From Bdellovibrionia bacterium (GTDB lineage Bacteria; Bdellovibrionota; UBA1018), in assembly GCA_040399745.1 (NCBI GenBank), contig JBBARP010000001.1:298617-362616 (forward strand): a stretch of DNA of 64,000 nucleotides, given 5' to 3'. Shown here piece after piece: positions 57,732 to 64,000 of this stretch. The notes beneath the pieces are model-generated. The model was given only the letters and a program-made list of their open reading frames with translations, ran no database searches and was not told where the DNA came from. The translations under genes and the position numbers were made by a program. The stretch's first letter is position 1, and each line of letters opens with the position of its first letter.

Positions 57732-58462
57732 GGAAGGCGGCTGCTGAACACCACTCGCTTTCTGATCGGTTTGAAGGGTTTCCTGCGGAGGGGTTTTCAT
57801 TCCTTCGCTCGCTCAAGAAAAACAACGAGCGCGAGTGGTTTCAGCCCCGGAAAGAGAAGTATCAGGAGCTTTTAGTTCGCCCTCTTCAACTCCTCACTTC
57901 GGAGCTGGGGCAGGCGCTTCAGGAAGAAGCCCCTGGGTACGCTTTTGATCCGAAGCGTTCTATTTTCCGAATTTATCGCGACACGCGTTTCAGCGGAAAT
58001 CAGGACCCTTACAAAACGCACATCGCTGCGAGCTACTCGTTCCGGACGGGAAAAAAAGAAGCCATGGAAGAGCCTGGGTTCTATTTTCACTTGGAACCGG
58101 GCTCGGTTTTTGTGGGTGGTGGCATCTACATGCCCAGCTCCGCGCAATTGCGGCTGATCCGGGACTCTATTTTGTCGCGGCCCGAGGCGTATTTAGCGGT
58201 GGTTCAAAACGCGGCGTTTCGAAAACGCTTTGGCGGTATTGCGGGCGAGTGCTTAAAGCGCGCTCCGCAGGGGATGGATCCCGAGCACCCTCTGATCGAG
58301 CACTTGCGCCACAAACAGTTTTACGTGGGAGTGGAACTCGACCCTGACTTGGCTCAGTCGCGAAAACTGATCGCTCAAGTGGTACGGGACTATCGCCTCG
58401 CGTTGCCACTTCTCAGTTGGCTTCGCGACGCGACGGCTCCGCTTCGATTCAAGACTCGCTAA
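57728..58462 (+). CDS. DUF2461 family protein
   Basis: NNEREWF, FRIYRDTRFS...PYKT, GFYFHLEP, GGG. Confidence 0.9.
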   Translation: MRKAAAEHHSLSDRFEGFPAEGFSFLRSLKKNNEREWFQPRKEKYQELLVRPLQLLTSELGQALQEEAPGYAFDPKRSIFRIYRDTRFSGNQDPYKTHIAASYSFRTGKKEAMEEPGFYFHLEPGSVFVGGGIYMPSSAQLRLIRDSILSRPEAYLAVVQNAAFRKRFGGIAGECLKRAPQGMDPEHPLIEHLRHKQFYVGVELDPDLAQSRKLIAQVVRDYRLALPLLSWLRDATAPLRFKTR

Positions 58463-58515
58463 GAGGGAGGCGATTCGCCGCACTTGGGCGCTTCGTCCCC
58501 TCGGGCCCTCGCGCC

Positions 58516-59910
58516 TTATTTGGGCGAAATCATGTCCTCGGGGCGCACCCACTGGTCAAATTGCGCATCCGTCAGGTGGCCCAGCGCCAAGGCGGCTTGG
58601 CGAAGGGTCAGGCCTTCTTTGTGCGCTTTCTTCGCGATCGCGGCCGCTTTGTCGTACCCAATGTGGGGGTTCAAAGCCGTCACCAGCATCAGGGTGTTTT
58701 CCAGGTGCTGAGCGATGATTTTCAGATTGGGCTGAAGGCCGCTCAGGCAGTGATCGACAAAGCCGTTGGCCGAGTCGGCCAAGAGGCGGCACGAGTGCAG
58801 GAAGTTGTGGATCATGAGCGGCTTAAAAACGTTCAGTTCAAAGTGGCCGCTTGCGCCGCCCATGTTGATGGCGACGTCGTTGCCGAGAACTTGGCAGCAA
58901 ACCATGGTCATGGACTCGGATTGAGTGGGATTCACTTTGCCGGGCATGATGGACGAACCCGGCTCGTTTTCAGGAAGCGAGAGCTCCTGAAGGCCGCAGC
59001 GCGGACCGCTTCCCAGCCAGCGGATGTCGTTCGAGATTTTCATGAACGAGCAGGCCAGAGTTTTCAGAGCGCCGTGGGCAAAGACCAAAGCGTCGTGCGC
59101 GGCAAGCGCCTCGAATTTGTTCGGCGCCGAGACGAATCGGGTGCCGCTGAGTTCGGAAATTTTCAGGGCGACTCGCTCGGCAAACTCAGGATGAGTATTG
59201 AGGCCCGTCCCGACGGCGGTTCCGCCTTGTGCCAGGTGCCTCAGGCGCTCGAGCGACTGCTGGACGCGCTCAATCCCGATCTCCAGCTGCATGCGGTAGC
59301 CCGAAAACTCCTGACCCAGGGTGAGTGGGGTGGCGTCCATCAAGTGGGTGCGGCCCACTTTGATGATGTCTTTGAAGGCTCCTTCTTTTTGCAGCAAGCT
59401 GTCGCGGAAGCGAGCGAGTGCGGGAAGAAGGGCACGCTCGACTTGTTCGACGGCCGCAATGTGCATGGCGGTCGGGAACGAGTCGTTCGAGGATTGGCTC
59501 ATGTTGACGTCGTCGTTCGGGTGGACGGGTTTTTTCGAACCCATCTGGCCGCCCAGGATTTCAATGGCGCGGTTCGAAATGACTTCGTTCGCGTTCATGT
59601 TGGTCTGGGTGCCTGAGCCCGTTTGCCAAACCACGAGCGGGAAATGCGAGTCGAGCTTTCCTTCAATGACTTCATCGGCAGCGCGCGCGATGGCGTCGCG
59701 CTTTTCACGAGGAAGTTTGCCGAGCTCAAAGTTCACGTCGGCGGCTGCTTTTTTCAAAATTCCGAGAGCCCGAACCAAGGGCCGAGCCATGCGGTCTTCG
59801 CCTACGGCAAAGTTCTGCAGCGATCGCTGGGTTTGGGCGCCCCAGTAACGGCCTCCGGGAACTTTCATTTCACCCATCGTGTCGGTTTCAATGCGGTAAT
59901 TTTGGCTCAT
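58516..59910 (-). CDS. fumC: Class II fumarate hydratase
   Basis: [41 protein letters not shown]. Confidence 0.98.
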   Translation of the reverse strand: MSQNYRIETDTMGEMKVPGGRYWGAQTQRSLQNFAVGEDRMARPLVRALGILKKAAADVNFELGKLPREKRDAIARAADEVIEGKLDSHFPLVVWQTGSGTQTNMNANEVISNRAIEILGGQMGSKKPVHPNDDVNMSQSSNDSFPTAMHIAAVEQVERALLPALARFRDSLLQKEGAFKDIIKVGRTHLMDATPLTLGQEFSGYRMQLEIGIERVQQSLERLRHLAQGGTAVGTGLNTHPEFAERVALKISELSGTRFVSAPNKFEALAAHDALVFAHGALKTLACSFMKISNDIRWLGSGPRCGLQELSLPENEPGSSIMPGKVNPTQSESMTMVCCQVLGNDVAINMGGASGHFELNVFKPLMIHNFLHSCRLLADSANGFVDHCLSGLQPNLKIIAQHLENTLMLVTALNPHIGYDKAAAIAKKAHKEGLTLRQAALALGHLTDAQFDQWVRPEDMISPK

Positions 59911-59919
59911 GACGAACGC

Positions 59920-60564
59920 CTAACACGGGCCACGGCGGGCCGGAAGAGGCAGGTGCGCCAGTAGTTCCAAAGCGCGCGTGGAGACTTCGAGGATCAACGG
60001 ATAGACCGCTCCGTTTGGAATCGGGGCCGGAAGGGCCTCGATCTTCAGTGCCCACTGCACCAAGCGCCTCACCACGCCTCCGTGACTGGCTACGGCCAAG
60101 CGCTCGATTTCGGGGTGTTTCAGGCAGTAATCGGCCAAAGCCGCTAAGGCGCGATCGCGAACTTGCGGCCCGGTTTCTGCACCGAGGATCTGGATTTCCT
60201 GATCGCTGAAGGGGCGGTGGCGCGTGCTCTCGGAAAAACCCTGCCCGTAGAGCTGATCCATCTCAGCTCCGGTCAGGCCCTGCAGTTTTCCCAAGTGAAT
60301 TTCCCGGAGGCGTTCATCGGTTGCGACTTCCAGTTTCAGTTCCTGGGCGGGGATCAGTGCTGTCTCGTGGGCTCGGCTCAAGTCCGAGCTCAAAAAGGCC
60401 TGCACGTTCAAGTGACCTAAGATGGGGGTCAGTTGCTTGGCTTGCTCTCGCCCTAAGTCGTTCAGTGGCACATCCAAATGGCCCTGAATGCGGCCTTCGG
60501 CATTCCAAGTAGTTTGGCCGTGACGGAAGCAGAAGAGCTTTCTTGTGGTAGGGTGCGACGTCAT
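59920..60564 (-). CDS. Histidine phosphatase (phosphoglycerate mutase-like)
   Basis: RHGQT, SSDLSRA, LRE, SHGG. Confidence 0.92.
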   Translation of the reverse strand: MTSHPTTRKLFCFRHGQTTWNAEGRIQGHLDVPLNDLGREQAKQLTPILGHLNVQAFLSSDLSRAHETALIPAQELKLEVATDERLREIHLGKLQGLTGAEMDQLYGQGFSESTRHRPFSDQEIQILGAETGPQVRDRALAALADYCLKHPEIERLAVASHGGVVRRLVQWALKIEALPAPIPNGAVYPLILEVSTRALELLAHLPLPARRGPC

Positions 60565-60585
60565 TGTTTGGGAGTAAAGCGTACC

Positions 60586-61161
60586 ATGGCCATCCTAAAA
60601 GTCGCTCGTTTGGGGCACCCCGTTCTTCGCGAAAAAGCGCGCGAACTCACTCTTTCCGATATGGGTTCGCCTGAAATCGGTCGGCTCGTGTCCGACATGA
60701 TCGACACGATGGACGAATACGACGGCATTGGCCTGGCTGCACCTCAGGTGCATCAGCCGGTCCGGCTTGCGGTCTTAGGCTTTGAAGACGATTCGCCTCG
60801 CTATCCAGGCATGGGAAAGCAAGACCTGCTGGTTCTGATCAACCCCGTGGTGACGGTGCTCGATCCCACTCTGCAAGGATTCTGGGAAGGCTGCTTGTCC
60901 GTTCCCGGCCTAAAAGGGCTAGTTTATCGCCCGAGGAAAGTTCGGATTGATTTCATGGACCTTCAAGCCCGCAAGCGGTCGATTGAAGCGGAAGACTTTT
61001 TGTCGACGGTGTTTCAGCACGAGCTCGATCACTTGGACGGCGTGGTTTTCTTGGATCGCGTGCAAGGCGGGCCGGGGGAACGACCGATCGCCTTTACGGA
61101 CGAGTACGAGCGCTACCATTTGCCCGATGAAGATTCGGACGTCGGCGAACTCGACGATTGA
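60586..61161 (+). CDS. def: Peptide deformylase
   Basis: GIGLAAPQ, EGCLS, QHELDHLDG. Confidence 0.96.
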   Translation: MAILKVARLGHPVLREKARELTLSDMGSPEIGRLVSDMIDTMDEYDGIGLAAPQVHQPVRLAVLGFEDDSPRYPGMGKQDLLVLINPVVTVLDPTLQGFWEGCLSVPGLKGLVYRPRKVRIDFMDLQARKRSIEAEDFLSTVFQHELDHLDGVVFLDRVQGGPGERPIAFTDEYERYHLPDEDSDVGELDD

Positions 61162-61187
61162 TTCACCCGAAGAGGTAACCCGGTAGC

Positions 61188-61697
61188 TCAGTCGTCTGGA
61201 TGACTGGCTTTGAGTTCTGCGGCCAAGCGGACGCGAGCTTCACGTCGCTTGACGGCTTGCTCGAAGCGCCGCTTTTCTTGAGGCGTTTCTGGCTCGACTG
61301 CTGGGACTTGAGTGGGCCGCCCGTGGTCGTCGAGAGCCACAAAGGTGGTGTAGGCAGTGGCCGTGTGATGGCGCTCGCCGGTGACCGTGTTTTCAGAGTC
61401 CACGCGCACGCCCACTTCCATCGAAGTACGGCCTGCGTAGTTGACGGAAGCCAGGATGTGCACCACATGGCCCACTTTGACCGGGGCGATGAAGTGAAGC
61501 GCGTCGATCGAAGCCGTAACGACGACGCGCCGAGCGTGTCTGCCTGCCGCGATGGCTCCGGCAATGTCGATCCAGGCCATGATCTTTCCGCCGAAGATCG
61601 TTCCGAGTGCGTTCGCGTCCGAGGGGAGCACGATCTCGGTCATGGTTACGGAGGAGTCGCGGGGTGGCTTGGGGGACAACACTTTGGTGACGCTCAT
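61188..61697 (-). CDS. Acyl-CoA thioesterase (YciA-like hotdog)
   Basis: DANALGTIFGG, VVTASID, GRTSMEVGV, FVALD. Confidence 0.93.
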   Translation of the reverse strand: MSVTKVLSPKPPRDSSVTMTEIVLPSDANALGTIFGGKIMAWIDIAGAIAAGRHARRVVVTASIDALHFIAPVKVGHVVHILASVNYAGRTSMEVGVRVDSENTVTGERHHTATAYTTFVALDDHGRPTQVPAVEPETPQEKRRFEQAVKRREARVRLAAELKASHPDD

Positions 61698-61791
61698 GGC
61701 GCCCGGATCATTGCTCCAAGGGGGGCTTTGGGTCAAGTTTTCCGCCCTGTTTCGATGGAACTCCCCGTCTCTTTCGGCTAGGTCCAGAGCC

Positions 61792-62688
61792 GTGGAATTC
61801 CGAATTCTTTTGGGACTTGTCCTGTGCAACCTGGTTTGGTCGGCCAACCCCATTATGGGGAAGATCCTTCTGGAAGAAGTTCCCGGGATTCAGGTGTCCT
61901 GGCTGCGCTCGGCATCGGCGGCGGCGGCGTTTTTGGTGGTCTTTGGATTTCGAAAAGGTCTTTTTCGCCCCCAAAGTCCTTCCGAGTGGGGCTGGTCGCT
62001 TTCTTTGGGTTTCTTTTCCTTCGCCTTTGCCCCGGCGCTCGCTTTGGTGGGTTTAGCCACCTCTCGCGCGACGGATAATTCCCTGATCATTGCGCTCGAG
62101 CCCCTGGTGACCGTTTTGATGGCTCGCTTGTTTTTGGGTGACCGGATGAGTTGGCTTCATGCGGTCGCTTTTCCGTGTGCCCTTTACGGCTTTGCGCTTC
62201 TGAGTGGGTTGACGGGGGAGCGCTTGCGCGGCGCTTGGGATCCGCACTTATTCGGGAATCTTTTGATGCTGGTCTCGCTCCTGGGCGAGGCCATTTACTC
62301 GGTGTTTGCTCGGAAGCTCTTGGTGCGCCGCGAAGCGATTCCTATTTTTGGAAACGCCGTGGTTTTTGGGGCAATCGTTTTGACGTGCATCCTCATCGCT
62401 ACGGTGGGGCTGCCGAATCTCTTCGCGCTGACTCCTCGCGCGTGGGCGGCGCTTCTTTGGATGGGCCCGATTGGAACGACCGGAACCTACCTTTATTGGA
62501 TGAAAGTTCTGCCGCGCGCATCGATCCCCAGTATGGCGCTCACTCTTTTTCTTCAGCCGGTGGCGGGCTCTCTGTGGGGCTACCTGGGTTTGGGCGAGCG
62601 TCTGGCTGGACCCCAAGTCGGGGGAGCTGCTTTGATTCTTCTGGCGGTGGCTGCTCCGTTGATGGAGCGTCGCGTTAGAAGTCCCTAA
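61792..62688 (+). CDS. DMT/EamA family transporter; start uncertain
   Basis: About ten hydrophobic segments, LVWSAN, ALEPL, LQPV, LGERL. Confidence 0.88.
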   Translation: MEFRILLGLVLCNLVWSANPIMGKILLEEVPGIQVSWLRSASAAAAFLVVFGFRKGLFRPQSPSEWGWSLSLGFFSFAFAPALALVGLATSRATDNSLIIALEPLVTVLMARLFLGDRMSWLHAVAFPCALYGFALLSGLTGERLRGAWDPHLFGNLLMLVSLLGEAIYSVFARKLLVRREAIPIFGNAVVFGAIVLTCILIATVGLPNLFALTPRAWAALLWMGPIGTTGTYLYWMKVLPRASIPSMALTLFLQPVAGSLWGYLGLGERLAGPQVGGAALILLAVAAPLMERRVRSP

Positions 62689-62767
62689 GACTTCCTGACA
62701 AAAAGTGTCTTGCTGTTTTGGAATTCGCCTTCCTATACTGAGTTCGCGAGGGGGGATCGCAATCAAA

Positions 62768-63067
62768 ATGGCTGGGGATATCCAAGAACCAGGGGGACGG
62801 GAACTGTTAGAGGCCTTAGTGGCGCTTTCAGGTCTGCCTTCCGGACTGATCGAGATGGAGTTGGAAGAGATGCTGAAGAAGCGCGGCCAATCCGTCATGG
62901 ATTTGACCCTGGCCGATCTTCGTCAAGTTTTGGCCTCGCACCTAGAGCACCTAGTCGTTGAAGACCTGGTGGAACTCGACGGGCTGCCCGAACTAGAAGC
63001 CGGCCCAGACTCAGAAGAACTGGCTCCAGGCCGCATCACTCCAGTTCTGAAAATGGCCGACCGATAA
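62768..63067 (+). CDS. Small acidic hypothetical protein
   Basis: ORF preceded by TTGCTG-18 nt-TATACT (62710-62739); DLTLADLRQVLA pattern. Confidence 0.7.
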   Translation: MAGDIQEPGGRELLEALVALSGLPSGLIEMELEEMLKKRGQSVMDLTLADLRQVLASHLEHLVVEDLVELDGLPELEAGPDSEELAPGRITPVLKMADR

Positions 63068-63161
63068 AGACATTAACCCCTTCGGCGACCGACTGGTGTC
63101 AAAAGTCTTTGCATTTCAAACGGCTTGCCCGTTCGATTTGCAAAAAAAACAGCATGGCACA

Positions 63162-63190
63162 GTGCAACAAGATAGGGTCGTAGGTATACT
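63162..63190 (+). promoter_or_regulatory. Putative sigma70 promoter of clpP
   Basis: GTGCAA-17 nt-TATACT with an upstream A-tract; SD AAGGAG before ATG 63212. Confidence 0.5.
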
Positions 63191-63211
63191 GAAGGTCAAG
63201 GAGCACCCTCG

Positions 63212-63925
63212 ATGCTGATTCGTTCCTCTGTGAAGAAAGTTCCTTCTGACTTGGTTCGGCCCGATCTCACTGGCATGCCCTCGGTGGGTTCCGCCGTTCC
63301 GGGCACGCTGGGTGCGGTTCACGCCGAAGGCTACATCCCCAACCCGATCGTGATCGAGCAAACTGCGCGGGGTGAGCGTCAGTACGACATTTACTCCCGA
63401 CTCCTTTTGGATCGGATCATTTTCTTGGGCACCGAAGTGAACGACACGGTGGCCAACTTGTTGGTGGCTCAGATGTTCTTCCTGGAGTCCTCGGACCCGG
63501 ATAAGCCGATCCACCTCTACATCAATTCTCCCGGTGGTTCCGTGACGGCAGGACTCGCGATTTACGATGTCATGCAACACGTGAAGGCACCTGTGGCGAC
63601 TTACTGCTTGGGCTTGGCCGCCTCGATGGGAGCGCTTCTGCTCGCAGCAGGCGAAAAGGGGCAGCGGTTCTCGATGCCCCATAGCCGAATCATGATTCAC
63701 CAGCCCTTGGGCGGTGCGCGTGGCCAGGCTTCCGACATCGAAATTCAAGCGAAAGAAATCCTGTATTTGAAGGAGCGCCTCAACGCCATCCTGTCGCGTG
63801 CGACTGGGAAGAGCATCGAGCAGATCCACAAAGACACCGACCGAGACAATTATCTTTCGGCGGCGGAAGCAGTGGAATACGGGCTCATCGACAAGGTCAT
63901 CGAAAAGGGCGAAGCAGCCCGTTGA
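63212..63925 (+). CDS. clpP: ATP-dependent Clp protease proteolytic subunit
   Basis: [33 protein letters not shown]. Confidence 0.98.
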   Translation: MLIRSSVKKVPSDLVRPDLTGMPSVGSAVPGTLGAVHAEGYIPNPIVIEQTARGERQYDIYSRLLLDRIIFLGTEVNDTVANLLVAQMFFLESSDPDKPIHLYINSPGGSVTAGLAIYDVMQHVKAPVATYCLGLAASMGALLLAAGEKGQRFSMPHSRIMIHQPLGGARGQASDIEIQAKEILYLKERLNAILSRATGKSIEQIHKDTDRDNYLSAAEAVEYGLIDKVIEKGEAAR

Positions 63926-63952
63926 TCGGACTGCGGGACGGGGAAACAGAAA

Positions 63953-64000
63953 ATGGACGGCAAAAAATACGGTGATGGCTTCGGGAATCTCTGCTGCTCC
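63953..64000 (+). CDS. clpX: 5' fragment of ClpX, truncated by the window edge
   Basis: MDGKKYGDGFGNLCCS fits the start of the LxCSFC zinc-binding domain; directly follows clpP. Confidence 0.7.
   Translation, partial: MDGKKYGDGFGNLCCS

Noticed and set aside
58417..59616. 399-aa plus-strand ORF opposite fumC
   Set aside because: Antisense shadow of fumC.
62696..62710. TGAC-N7-GTC as a third IscR site
   Set aside because: Only the 3-bp cores match; the flanks differ from the two iscR boxes.
63155..63170. Sigma-54 promoter (TGGCAC) upstream of clpP
   Set aside because: No TTGC at the required -12 position.
1..64000. CRISPR array, cas genes, transposases, rRNA
   Set aside because: Intergenic spaces are short, with no regularly spaced direct repeats or matching ORFs seen.

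Overview
Gene-dense, moderately GC-rich bacterial chromosomal window made up mostly of core genes. Gene content and order suggest a Bdellovibrionota/Oligoflexia-like organism (inference). In order: receiver-GGDEF cyclase plus metallophosphoesterase; kdsB-pyrG-kdsA-kdsC; isc operon (iscRSUA-hscBA-fdx) with two IscR-like boxes; a secreted hypothetical pair, an orphan OppA and a MaoC/hotdog pair; a long minus-strand block (GldAFG-like ABC, DUF4340, Yip1, M13-like peptidase, tdk, hpt, GHMP kinase, DUF429); DHH phosphoesterase; rimK; lptC(A)-lptB-rpoN-hpf; a mevalonate cluster; rpsU-yqeY-dnaG-rpoD; tRNA(CAT, probably Ile2); a small AT-richer toxin-antitoxin-like pair; HIT; a pilin-like gene; MBL-rhodanese; Nif3; RNase P RNA; M14 peptidase; speA; hppD; pepP; dusB; GST; fumC; def; clpP and the start of clpX. 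I saw no CRISPR array, integrase, transposase or prophage, and no large clearly novel multi-gene system. The best leads are a secreted protein with a caspase/CHAT-like His-Cys dyad, an apparent LptC-LptA fusion, a primase with a ~135-aa Gly/aromatic/RGG low-complexity insert, an uncharacterised toxin-HTH pair at the tRNA with a palindromic operator, a nucleotide-salvage operon with an orphan kinase and nuclease, and recurrent leaderless-type promoters. All family assignments come from motif recognition by eye, not from database searches.
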